Under the pieces are notes generated by a model that saw nothing but the letters and a program-made list of their open reading frames with translations, was not told the origin of the DNA and did not search any database. From Chloroflexota bacterium (GTDB taxonomy: Bacteria > Chloroflexota > Anaerolineae > CG2-30-64-16): 64,000 nt of DNA. Made by a program: the position numbers and the translations under genes. Numbering within the stretch: the stretch's first letter is position 1; every line of letters begins with the position of its first letter. The stretch covers positions 41,368 to 105,367 of the forward strand of contig JAPLHB010000170.1 in NCBI GenBank assembly GCA_026389845.1, in the 5' to 3' direction. Of the stretch, positions 28,629 through 37,801 are shown piece by piece.

Positions 28629-29497
28629 CAGCCAGGCAAGTAGTCAAGCTATTTGTTCCTCCTGTCCTTGTGGATTGCTACCGCGTTTTACGCAGCAGAA
28701 TCAAGAAAACTGGTCCATCAAACAACTACCAAGCCAAAGATGGTCTTCATCTGGAAGGCGACTACTCTTCCTGGCGCGCAGCCATGGCCGACAGCACGGG
28801 CTACGATGCCGAGATTATCCTTGCGAAGACCACGGCTGCGCTGCTCAAAATCAAAAACGGTGCGGCGGTCTACGAGCGGGATTCTGTCCTCTTCGATGAG
28901 ATTCAGTATGCCTGGCCGCTTTTGGCTGGCTTGATGTGGGTGGCAGCTCGCTCCGGCGGCAGCCTCAACGTGCTTGATTTCGGCGGCTCGCTGGGCAGCA
29001 CCTATTTCCAGAACCGCGCCTTCCTGGCCGGGCTCCGTGAGTTCAGGTGGAACATCGTGGAGCAAGCTCGCCAAGTCGAGACCGGCAAGTGCTGGTTTGA
29101 GGACGAGCATCTTAAGTTCTACGCCTCCGTCGAAGACTGCCTGGCCGAGACGCAACCTCAGGTGATTCTTCTGAGCGGCGTTCTCCAATACCTGCCAGAG
29201 CCCCATGCAATCCTGGATGAGCTGTTAGGCCTGACCTGCGATTGTCTGATCATTGACCGCACGCCGTTTTGGAATGGGCCGATGGATCGGCTCTGTGTGC
29301 AGCACGTGCCAGCGGAGATTTATTCGGCCAGCTACCCCAGTTGGATTTTTCCGATACAGCGGTTCCGTTCAGTCTTGAACGAAAACTGGGAGGTTGTGGC
29401 CGAATTTGACAGTTTGGATAAACTGGCGGCACCTGTGGAGACTATCTGGAAAGGGATGATCGCAACCAGGCAGAAAGAGATTTCGGATCATGGGTAA
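28625..29497 (+). CDS. Methyltransferase, TIGR04325-like
   Basis: LNVLDFGGSLGSTYFQNR...VILLSGVLQYLPEP matches the pattern recalled for this polysaccharide-cluster methyltransferase family. Confidence 0.6.
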   Translation: MTARQVVKLFVPPVLVDCYRVLRSRIKKTGPSNNYQAKDGLHLEGDYSSWRAAMADSTGYDAEIILAKTTAALLKIKNGAAVYERDSVLFDEIQYAWPLLAGLMWVAARSGGSLNVLDFGGSLGSTYFQNRAFLAGLREFRWNIVEQARQVETGKCWFEDEHLKFYASVEDCLAETQPQVILLSGVLQYLPEPHAILDELLGLTCDCLIIDRTPFWNGPMDRLCVQHVPAEIYSASYPSWIFPIQRFRSVLNENWEVVAEFDSLDKLAAPVETIWKGMIATRQKEISDHG

Positions 29498-29639
29498 TAA
29501 CCAGCCTCTGCCCAGGAGCAAGGTATTGATCACCGGCGGCCTGGGCTTCATCGGTTCCACTCTGGCCCGGTGCCTGGTGAAACTGGGCGCGCAGATGACG
29601 CTGGTGGACAGTCTGCACAGATCTTTGAATTCATTCTGA
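29490..29639 (+). pseudogene. 5' fragment (~42 codons) of an NAD-dependent epimerase/dehydratase, truncated at the IS boundary
   Basis: MGNNQPLPRSKVLITGGLGFIGSTLARCLVKLGAQMTLVDSL, then HRSLNSF*. It is paralogous to the 5' end of 31986..32969. Confidence 0.8.
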
Positions 29640-31176
29640 CTCTAGTTTCGGCTAACCGGCTTCCAGACCGCAGACTGCCGCGCAGGTCTTGCGGGCAACA
29701 CCGAGGGCCTCGTCGACTTGGCGAGGTCCCCAGAGCATGTTTTTGATTGTCTAACCGCCCTGAAAAGGGCCTTACACCCGCGCTGCCGAGCCTTTGCTGC
29801 GCCGAAACAGGCTGGAACCCTTCGGCAAGTGGTCGGTGACCGCGGCTTTCTGACGAATTTCAGCTGGCAACGGGTAATCGGTCGGAAATCCCGTCCGTGC
29901 CAGCACGCGCCGCAGGCGGCCAGGCGTGGGCTGCGGGTTCCGATCCCAGAAGCCAGTGGGGATGGCGGGCAAACAGGCCGCCGCATACGACAAAATGGCG
30001 CCCGCCAACAGGGCCAGTTCGGGCAAGCGCTGACAGGTCTCCTTGGCGAAGACGAACGCGCGCCCGGCCCCAATCATTTGTTTGGCCGCCAAGGGCACTT
30101 GTTCGACCGGCCAGCGATCCCGGTAGAGGGCGCGCACGTCTTGGGCGGCCAGCGTCAGGTTGGTGGCCAGCACGAGCGGTTTGGTATAGCGCGGATCATG
30201 GATCACGATGACGGTGAACCGCGGGGCGTCCGCCAAGTCGTCGGCCCGCGTGCTATTCAAGACCAGTTTGTCCCAGATTTCTGCGCGGACAGTGACGTCA
30301 TCTTCTTGCCACTCGGCGGTGCGGTCGGGTGCCGTGGCCGCAAGCGTATGGTCTTTATAGGTGCGCGCCACGGGCCGCACCAGGGTGCCCCGCTCCGCGG
30401 GCCGGCCCGTGCCCGCATATTCCGGCGGTTGCTCGCGCCGCGCGGTCATATTGCGGGCTTGTTTGGCGACGTAGCGCGGGATCTTGGCGCTCTGGATTGC
30501 CTCCAGCGCAAAGCCACCATCGCTGACCAGCACATCCTGCGGCTTCAGGATGTCCTTGGCGAAGGTAATCAGGGCTTGGATCAGGCCTTCTTCCTGCGGC
30601 TGGGCAGGATCAACGCGCAATAGACCCAAGGGCAAGAGCAAGCGCTGCTTGCCGACTTGGCCAACCCGCCCGATGATGCCGAGCACGACCGCCGGCAGCG
30701 CTTTCCCGGCCTGGTGGTCGTAGTGTTTGCTCGGACAGTTCTGCAGCCGGGGGCGACTGAATCCGGTGGTGTCAATCGGCACGGCACAGTACCCGCCGTG
30801 ATAGCGGACTTGCCACTGCCCGGCGCGGCCCAAGGCGGTTTCCCAGTTGACCAGCAATTGGCCGATGCTCCAGCCGCCCTGGCCAAGGGCTTGCCAGGCG
30901 CGGCGCACCGCCCGGTCGGATAAGCCTAGTTGCGCCAAGCCCGGAATGACAGCGCCGCGACTGAGCAGTAACTGGCCGCTGACCAGCATCCACAGCAGAT
31001 GCAGCAACGCCAGATTAGTGCCCACCGGCACGAATCGCACGACACCGCACAATAGCGCCATCATCTGCGCAGCAGGTTCGCTCATTGGCTCAGGCCTCCG
31101 GCATGGTATCGAAAACTCAGTCAGTTTACACCATGTCACCGGCCTGGGTCAAACTCAATTTAGCGGAAAGTAGAGT
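29638..31176 (-). mobile_element. IS element (IS4/IS701-like) with imperfect terminal inverted repeats
   Basis: The left end GACTCTAGTTTCGGCTAA (29638-) compares with the reverse complement of the right end GACTCTACTTTCCGCTAA (-31176), a 16/18 match. It encloses a single DDE transposase gene. No flanking direct repeat was seen. Confidence 0.75.
29772..31085 (-). CDS. DDE transposase (IS4/IS701-like)
   Basis: It has ALYRDRWPVEQVPLAAKQ (a YxxR...E...K-type signature). GGAGG lies 9 nt upstream of the ATG at 31085. Confidence 0.8.
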   Translation of the reverse strand: MSEPAAQMMALLCGVVRFVPVGTNLALLHLLWMLVSGQLLLSRGAVIPGLAQLGLSDRAVRRAWQALGQGGWSIGQLLVNWETALGRAGQWQVRYHGGYCAVPIDTTGFSRPRLQNCPSKHYDHQAGKALPAVVLGIIGRVGQVGKQRLLLPLGLLRVDPAQPQEEGLIQALITFAKDILKPQDVLVSDGGFALEAIQSAKIPRYVAKQARNMTARREQPPEYAGTGRPAERGTLVRPVARTYKDHTLAATAPDRTAEWQEDDVTVRAEIWDKLVLNSTRADDLADAPRFTVIVIHDPRYTKPLVLATNLTLAAQDVRALYRDRWPVEQVPLAAKQMIGAGRAFVFAKETCQRLPELALLAGAILSYAAACLPAIPTGFWDRNPQPTPGRLRRVLARTGFPTDYPLPAEIRQKAAVTDHLPKGSSLFRRSKGSAARV

Positions 31177-31195
31177 CTGAGAGGTATAGGTATTT

Positions 31196-31978
31196 ATGAG
31201 AAGGATATTACGCCCAATCAAGAAATTTGTGGTCAAAATAACACCGAAGTATCTTCTTGAAACCTTAGCAGAGGTGGAATGTACAATAGCAAGACGCTGG
31301 GTTTCAAGTGCGCATCGGCGGTTGATGGCTATTCAGTGGTCCTTACCGTCTCAGCCGGAATTTTTTGATCACCAGATAGATCTCTTTTATTGGTGGCTCG
31401 CCACAAGGAATTCTTTATGGTTGGAAAGAGGCGTGTTCGGCAGCCTGGCGCTAAGGGGGGGGTGTGTGCTAGAGTTAGCTTGTGGCGATGGTTTCAATGC
31501 ACGTAATTTTTACAGCTTGCGATCTGAGCGTGTAGTCGCCTGTGATTTTGACCCCAAAGCAATAAAGACGGCGGAAGGGAAGAACAGTGCATCCAATATT
31601 GAATTCTTGCTAGCAGATATTCGCACGGAGATGCCGGAAGGTAGATTTGAAAACATCATCTGGGACGCTGCGATTGAGCATTTCACTCCCGATGAAATTG
31701 CGAAGATTATGGACAATATACAATCACGGCTAACCGATGATGGCATACTGTGCGGTTATACCATCGTGGAAAAACCTGATGGTACGAAGTCGTTATCGCA
31801 TCATGAATATGAATTCAAGAGCAAGGAGGATCTTTTACGATTCATCTCACCGTATTTCAAGAATGTGACGGTGTTCGAGACTGAATACCCTGTGCGACAT
31901 AACCTGTACTTTTGGGCTTCGGACGGGATACTGCCGTTTGGCCCTGGCTGGTCCGAGGCAGTAACCTACTGTAGGTAG
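31196..31978 (+). CDS. Class I SAM-dependent methyltransferase
   Basis: Motif I is VLELACGDGFNARNF. G+C is markedly low compared with the neighbours. Confidence 0.75.
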   Translation: MRRILRPIKKFVVKITPKYLLETLAEVECTIARRWVSSAHRRLMAIQWSLPSQPEFFDHQIDLFYWWLATRNSLWLERGVFGSLALRGGCVLELACGDGFNARNFYSLRSERVVACDFDPKAIKTAEGKNSASNIEFLLADIRTEMPEGRFENIIWDAAIEHFTPDEIAKIMDNIQSRLTDDGILCGYTIVEKPDGTKSLSHHEYEFKSKEDLLRFISPYFKNVTVFETEYPVRHNLYFWASDGILPFGPGWSEAVTYCR

Positions 31979-31985
31979 AAATTGC

Positions 31986-32969
31986 ATGGAGAGCGTGCTT
32001 CGAGAAAAGCAAGTACTCATCACCGGTGGCCTGGGCTTCATCGGCTCCACCCTGGCCCGGCGGCTGGTGGAGCTGGGCGCGTGTGTCACCCTGGTGGACA
32101 GCCTGATCCCCGAATACGGCGGCAACCTCTTCAATATCGCCGGCATCGAGGATAGGGTCCGGGTCAACATCTCGGACGTGCGCGACGAGCACAGCATGAA
32201 ATACCTGGTGCAGGGGCAGGATGTCCTCTTCAATCTGGCCGGCCAGACCAGCCACATGGACTCGATGCAGGACCCGTTCACCGATCTAGAGATCAACGCC
32301 CGTGCCCAACTCTCCATCTTAGAAGCTTGCCGCAAGCACAATCCGGGCATCAAGATCGTCTTCGCCAGCACGCGCCAGGTCTACGGCAAGCCGGACTACC
32401 TGCCGGTGGACGAGAACCACCCGCTCCGGCCGGTGGATGTCAACGGTGTCAACAAGATGGCCGGCGAGTGGTATCATATTCTCTACAACAACGTCTACGG
32501 CATTCGCGCCTGCGTCCTGCGCCTGACCAACACCTACGGGCCGCGCATGCGGGTCAAGGACGCGCGGCAAACGTTCCTGGGCGTCTGGATTCGCTTACTG
32601 GTGGAGGGCAAACCCTTTGAGGTGTGGGATGGCCAACAGGTGCGCGACTTCACCTACGTCAACGATGTGACCGAGGCGCTGATGTTAGCGGCGACCAGCG
32701 ATCAGGCCAACGGCCGGATCTACAACCTGGGTGGAGATAGAGCTATCAGCCTCAAGGCCCTGGCCGACTTGCTCGTAGAAATCGCCGGAGGTGGCAGCTA
32801 CCTCGTGCGGGAATTTCCAGCCGAGCGCAGGCGCATCGACATCGGCGACTACTACGCCAATGACCGGCTCATTCGCACCGAGCTTGGGTGGGAGCCGGCC
32901 ATCTCCCTGCGGGAAGGCCTGGCGCATACGTTGGCTTACTATCGTTCCCACTTGGCTGACTACCTGTGA
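31986..32969 (+). CDS. NAD-dependent epimerase/dehydratase (SDR family)
   Basis: The motifs are VLITGGLGFIGSTLARRL, ASTRQVYG and the YxxxK-region NKMAGEWY. Confidence 0.85.
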   Translation: MESVLREKQVLITGGLGFIGSTLARRLVELGACVTLVDSLIPEYGGNLFNIAGIEDRVRVNISDVRDEHSMKYLVQGQDVLFNLAGQTSHMDSMQDPFTDLEINARAQLSILEACRKHNPGIKIVFASTRQVYGKPDYLPVDENHPLRPVDVNGVNKMAGEWYHILYNNVYGIRACVLRLTNTYGPRMRVKDARQTFLGVWIRLLVEGKPFEVWDGQQVRDFTYVNDVTEALMLAATSDQANGRIYNLGGDRAISLKALADLLVEIAGGGSYLVREFPAERRRIDIGDYYANDRLIRTELGWEPAISLREGLAHTLAYYRSHLADYL

Positions 32970-34072
32970 ATACCGAATCCGCAATCCGCAACACCTGCCC
33001 AACACCGCAGGTGCTGGGTCCGCAATCCGAGATCGGCTATTCATTCTGCACCTACTTCGACAGGAACTACCTGACACGCGGGCTGGCTCTCTATCATTCG
33101 CTGGTTCGCTACTGCCAGAAGCCTTTTACGCTATGGGTGCTTTGCTTTGATAATGAGACGTATGACGTTCTCGCGCGCCTCGACCTGCCAGGCGTGCGAC
33201 TCATCTCCCAGCAAGAGTTTGAAGCTGGCGACGAGGCGTTGGTACGCACGAAGGACGAGCGCAGCCGAGTTGAGTACTACTGGACGTGTACGCCCTCACT
33301 GCCGCTCTACATCCTGCGCCATCATCCCCAAGTCGAGATCGTCACCTACCTGGACGCCGATCTCTATTTCTACAGCGACCCTCAGCCGATCTATGACGAG
33401 TTGAGCGCCGGTTCGATCCTAATCATCGAGCACCGCTATGCGCCGGAGCATGCGCACCATGCGGCAACTTCGGGCGTCTACAACGTAGGCGTGATGGCTT
33501 TCCGTCGGGATGAGCACGGCCTGGCCTGCCTGGAATGGTGGCGGGAACGCTGTCTGGAGTGGTGCTATATGCGTATGGAAGACGGCAAGTTCGGTGATCA
33601 GAAATATCTGGACGACTGGCCAGAGCGGTTTCCTGGCGTGGTAGTACTGAAGCACAAAGGCGCAGGGTTGGCGCCCTGGAACGTATCTCGCTACCGATTG
33701 GCGTTTGCTGACTCAACGGTGAGCGTGGATGGCCAGCCGCTAATCTTCTATCACTTCCACGGATATAAGCTCATTTCTGGGAACATTTTCGAACCAGTCT
33801 GGTACGGCTATCGCATCACCCTCGATCAGATCAGATGCTTCTACCTGCCCTATTCCCGCGCTTTACGCTCTGCTGGGTTGTTGGCGCATATACCAGGGAC
33901 TCACATCTCCTGGGCTACACGGAGCATCTTACGCGGCCTTCTGGACCAACGCCTGTTGTTGCTAGAATCAGAGTGGTTGTCGTTGGCTGTTTGGCGTTTG
34001 GGTGGCATACTCACCAGCTTCAAGAGCTTGTACACTACGACTAGGACAAGAAAGCTCAACCATGGCATTTAG
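32966..34072 (+). CDS. Putative GT-A-fold (GT8-like) glycosyltransferase
   Basis: [20 protein letters not shown]...YLDADLYFY (DxD)...KFGDQKYLD. Family assignment is tentative. Confidence 0.5.
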   Translation: MNTESAIRNTCPTPQVLGPQSEIGYSFCTYFDRNYLTRGLALYHSLVRYCQKPFTLWVLCFDNETYDVLARLDLPGVRLISQQEFEAGDEALVRTKDERSRVEYYWTCTPSLPLYILRHHPQVEIVTYLDADLYFYSDPQPIYDELSAGSILIIEHRYAPEHAHHAATSGVYNVGVMAFRRDEHGLACLEWWRERCLEWCYMRMEDGKFGDQKYLDDWPERFPGVVVLKHKGAGLAPWNVSRYRLAFADSTVSVDGQPLIFYHFHGYKLISGNIFEPVWYGYRITLDQIRCFYLPYSRALRSAGLLAHIPGTHISWATRSILRGLLDQRLLLLESEWLSLAVWRLGGILTSFKSLYTTTRTRKLNHGI

Positions 34073-34610
34073 GTTTATGTCTCCTGTATATCGCTTGGGT
34101 CTCAGCATGTACTTGACGAGTGCCTGGGGGCACGTGCCATCACAACACCTCAGACGGTGGGGGTATCGGCGCCTGTTTGGCCTCACAATTCCACGCACCA
34201 GTGTAATCTACTCGGGGGCTGAGATTCGTGCTCCCTACAATGTCGTGATTGGTGAGTTTACCAGCATCGGACATCATGCCATCCTCGATGGCCGTGGCGG
34301 CTTGACGATTGGATCAAACGTGAATCTGAGTACGGGCGTGTGGATATGGACAAACGAACACGATGCCCAAGACCCCGATTTCAAGATTACCTCTGCTCCT
34401 GTAGCCATTGAGGATTATGCATGGTTGAGTTGCCGAGTCGTCGTTCTGCCCGGCGTGATTATTGGCAGGGGGGCGGTTGTAGCGGCCGGAGCCGTCGTTA
34501 CCAAAGACGTAGAACCGTTCACGATCGTTGCCGGCGTGCCGGCAAAGCCTATCGGAAAACGCAGCCCTGCCCTACGGTACTGTTTGAGCGGCTATGTTCC
34601 AATTGTCTGA
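34062..34610 (+). CDS. Left-handed beta-helix acetyltransferase
   Basis: [49 protein letters not shown]. Confidence 0.8.
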   Translation: MAFRFMSPVYRLGLSMYLTSAWGHVPSQHLRRWGYRRLFGLTIPRTSVIYSGAEIRAPYNVVIGEFTSIGHHAILDGRGGLTIGSNVNLSTGVWIWTNEHDAQDPDFKITSAPVAIEDYAWLSCRVVVLPGVIIGRGAVVAAGAVVTKDVEPFTIVAGVPAKPIGKRSPALRYCLSGYVPIV

Positions 34611-34623
34611 TCGGCAAAGTGCA

Positions 34624-36141
34624 ATGAGACATCGGCTTAAGGGTATGACAGTGCTCTGTTGGTTGTTGCTGTGTTTGTCCAACGTGGTGATGCCAGGTTG
34701 GGTTCACGCAGATGGCCCTGTATGGACACAGGCGGCGCCGTTGGCCTCAAATAGTGAAGGCGTGTTGATAACGTCTGATTCAGCAGGCAACGTCCACGTA
34801 GTGTGGGGCAACTGGATCGGCTCGGATCAGCCGGAGCCACATTCTAGCAACACCATCTTCTACAAATGGTGGGATGGTAGCCGCTGGTCTGATCCGGTTG
34901 ACGTTCTGGCTGCGTCGGGCGTCGGCGGCAATGCGAGAGTACTCATCAATGGGCTTGCCACAACCGGTGATGGGCGAGTCGTGGTGCACTGGATCAGCTC
35001 TGCAGGCCTGCTGGTTAGTGATGCTGCAATTGGAAAGGCCGACGATGCACGGAACTGGCATACCACACTGATCGATTCTAGCAAGACAAATTGGTCCGCT
35101 TTGGCGATTGACGAGGCTGGTGAGAGATGGTATGTAGTCTTTGTGGCCGAAGATAGGGATCAGATCAGGCTCATCTCCTCAGAGGATGCCGGCTTGACAT
35201 GGCGTGAGCCGATCGTCCTTTGGACAACCCCGGCTTCCAGTTCAGCGCCTTCAAATCCAACTCTATCAGTTGCCTCTGACGGCACAGTTCATCTGGCCTG
35301 GTCCGAGACGACCGAACGACGTGAGTGGGCAGGAGAGGCAATATGGTATGCCAGGATGCCGCAGGGAGATGAAAAGCAGATTGGGTTACGAGAGGTGGCA
35401 AGGAGCAGTTGGCCAGATGGCCCGACGATGGATTGGCCCGCATTGGCAACCAATCCAACTGGCGCCGTGCACTTGTTCTGGAACAACGGCGTCGGGTCTC
35501 AAACGGGACGCTTTCACGAATGGTCAGAGGATTCCGGCGTTACCTGGTCTGGAATTGAGCAAGTATTTCCAGGAGAACTCAGTGGTCAAACCGGTCGAGC
35601 CGGTTTGGTCTTTGATTCTGCCGGCACATTGCATATCGTTACCTCTGCCGCGGGGCCCGAAGGAGCCACAGCCGTCCGTTATTTCACATGGCGTAACGGC
35701 CAATACGCCCCGTATCAAACCCTGTCTGATGTCCGGCTTTTCTGCGAGTATCCAGGCGTAGCGATTACAAACGGTCATCAGTTACATGTAGTCAGGCCCT
35801 GTCAGGTTGCCTGGCGTTCACCGGAGCCCTCTGTGCCTTACTACATCTCGGGTTTGGTGGAAGCGCCTGTTATCGGGCCCAAGGGTTTTGCCGAGGCTGC
35901 GAGGATTGGTTCGGTGGCAGGAGAACAACCTCCGGTCACTGTTCCTGTCACAGGCACGGAAGCAACGAGAGCGATCGTGGAATTGGATCGCGAGCGGGGA
36001 GTAACCCTGGTAGGGAACGAGGTTCTCACCACTACTGCCAGCTCTAGCTTTCTATTTACAGTGGCCTTTCCCGCGGCGCTGACGGCGCTGTTTGTCCTCG
36101 TTACTGTGGTTTTTCTGCATCTACGCAGGAGCCGAACATGA
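34624..36141 (+). CDS. Secreted, membrane-anchored BNR/sialidase-like beta-propeller protein
   Basis: It has a signal peptide (LLLCLSNVVMPGWVHA|DG), Asp-box motifs SEDAGLTW and SEDSGVTW, and a C-terminal transmembrane helix followed by RRSRT. Confidence 0.65.
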   Translation: MRHRLKGMTVLCWLLLCLSNVVMPGWVHADGPVWTQAAPLASNSEGVLITSDSAGNVHVVWGNWIGSDQPEPHSSNTIFYKWWDGSRWSDPVDVLAASGVGGNARVLINGLATTGDGRVVVHWISSAGLLVSDAAIGKADDARNWHTTLIDSSKTNWSALAIDEAGERWYVVFVAEDRDQIRLISSEDAGLTWREPIVLWTTPASSSAPSNPTLSVASDGTVHLAWSETTERREWAGEAIWYARMPQGDEKQIGLREVARSSWPDGPTMDWPALATNPTGAVHLFWNNGVGSQTGRFHEWSEDSGVTWSGIEQVFPGELSGQTGRAGLVFDSAGTLHIVTSAAGPEGATAVRYFTWRNGQYAPYQTLSDVRLFCEYPGVAITNGHQLHVVRPCQVAWRSPEPSVPYYISGLVEAPVIGPKGFAEAARIGSVAGEQPPVTVPVTGTEATRAIVELDRERGVTLVGNEVLTTTASSSFLFTVAFPAALTALFVLVTVVFLHLRRSRT

Positions 36142-37166
36142 ATGAGCAGCCGCACGGAGCACAGGGATCGCGAGGTAGTTGCGTGTCGTTCTTGCCCCTT
36201 GTATCAATTGTGACGCCTAGCTTCAACCAAGGCTGCTATATCGAGCAGACCATCCAAAGCGTGCTGGCGCAGGATTATCCGAATATTGAATACATCGTTA
36301 TGGATGGCGGATCTTCTGACAATACGCTTGATATACTGCGAAAGTATGAGACGCACCTGGTTTGGACTTCGGAACGTGATCGGGGACAATCTCATGCGAT
36401 TAACAAGGGTTGGCAACGAAGCAGCGGTCAAATCCTCACCTGGCTTAATTCTGACGATTACTATGCTCCTGGTGCTATCAGAACTATCGTTGAGCAGTTT
36501 GTCGCGCACCCAGACGCCGCGGTTGTGTACGGAGATGTCGTATACGTTGATGCGGATGGAGTGTTCCTACGAAAGGCGCTGGTCGAGGCTAGTCTGTTGC
36601 CTAATATTCTGGTGACAAACGTTGTTGGTCAGCCAAATGCCTTTGTGGCACGCTGGGCAGTCGAGCAAATCGGACCAATCAACGAGGATCTGCACTACGT
36701 CATGGATTGGGATTTATGGCTTCGCATGGTACACCTGCCGTTTGTGTATGTGCCCGAGCTCATAGCACATGCTCGAATCCACGAAGGAACCAAGACCTTC
36801 GGTCAGGCTGATCGTCATCTCGCTGAGTGTGTGCGTTTTCTGGAAGATTACTACAGAGGCGCTCCTACTTGGGCGCTTCCATTCCGGAATCGAGCGGTTG
36901 CGTATTGGTATGCAGCGCTTGGTAGCTATTGGGTGCAATCGGGTCAGTTCCGCCGTGCGCTAGGGTGTTTTCGTCGAGCAATCATCCGCGATCGAAGGTA
37001 TATCCGGAATCGCGGCATCTTGATGGCTTTTGCTTGGGGATTACTGGGTGACCGCCTGGCTGTCAAAATTCGCAGCCTTCGATCAGTGTCAAAGAATGCC
37101 TCTCGTCCACAAGACCCCTTCCAGAGCAATCCCTTTGCGAATGTTTTCTCTGGCCTGAGCCTATGA
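36138..37166 (+). CDS. GT2 glycosyltransferase
   Basis: VSIVTPSFNQGCYIEQTIQSVLAQDYPNIEYIVMDGGSSDNT...NSDDYY. Confidence 0.85.
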   Translation: MNEQPHGAQGSRGSCVSFLPLVSIVTPSFNQGCYIEQTIQSVLAQDYPNIEYIVMDGGSSDNTLDILRKYETHLVWTSERDRGQSHAINKGWQRSSGQILTWLNSDDYYAPGAIRTIVEQFVAHPDAAVVYGDVVYVDADGVFLRKALVEASLLPNILVTNVVGQPNAFVARWAVEQIGPINEDLHYVMDWDLWLRMVHLPFVYVPELIAHARIHEGTKTFGQADRHLAECVRFLEDYYRGAPTWALPFRNRAVAYWYAALGSYWVQSGQFRRALGCFRRAIIRDRRYIRNRGILMAFAWGLLGDRLAVKIRSLRSVSKNASRPQDPFQSNPFANVFSGLSL

Positions 37167-37801
37167 TTGACAGGCTTGATTTTTCTTTCTCTCGGAAGGT
37201 GCAGTTGTTGCGAGGGAAGCTCGCCGTCTGGCGGGGCGTCAGAGCGGGTCATCGGTTTGGCCTGGGCAGAATGACTCGAATTGTGTATCCCAGCTACCTT
37301 CTGGTTGGCGACGATGTCACGATTGATGATTTCGGGTACCTTCACTGTCTCGCAGAGAGAAAAGTCCGCATTGGCAGTTGCACAAGCATAGACCGTAATC
37401 TCTGGCTGTCCTGTGGGGGTAGACCAGGGGATTGCGATCATGGGTTCTTCGAGATCGGCGAGCATTCATATGTGGGTTGTAACGCGGTCATTGGTGCCGG
37501 CGGTGGAATCCGGATCGGCAGCAACGTCTTGATGGGCCAGTGCGTGAACATGCATGCCGAGAAACATGTCTTTGCCGATCCAAATCGCCTGATCCGCGAG
37601 CAAGGGGTCAGTTACCAGGGCGTGGTGGTCGAGGACGACGTATGGATCGGTTCCAAGGCTACCATTCTGGCTGGTGTGACAGTCGGCAGAGGTGCCGTGA
37701 TTGGTGCAGGGGCGGTAGTCACGCGTTCGGTCCCGCCCTATGCCATTGCTGTCGGGGTACCAGCACGCGTTATCGACTTTCGCAGCCATGATCAGCCATG
37801 A
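37163..37801 (+). CDS. Left-handed beta-helix acetyltransferase
   Basis: VEDDVWIGSKATILAGVTVGRGAVIGAGAVVTRSVPPYAIAVGVPARVI. Confidence 0.8.
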   Translation: MIDRLDFSFSRKVQLLRGKLAVWRGVRAGHRFGLGRMTRIVYPSYLLVGDDVTIDDFGYLHCLAERKVRIGSCTSIDRNLWLSCGGRPGDCDHGFFEIGEHSYVGCNAVIGAGGGIRIGSNVLMGQCVNMHAEKHVFADPNRLIREQGVSYQGVVVEDDVWIGSKATILAGVTVGRGAVIGAGAVVTRSVPPYAIAVGVPARVIDFRSHDQP

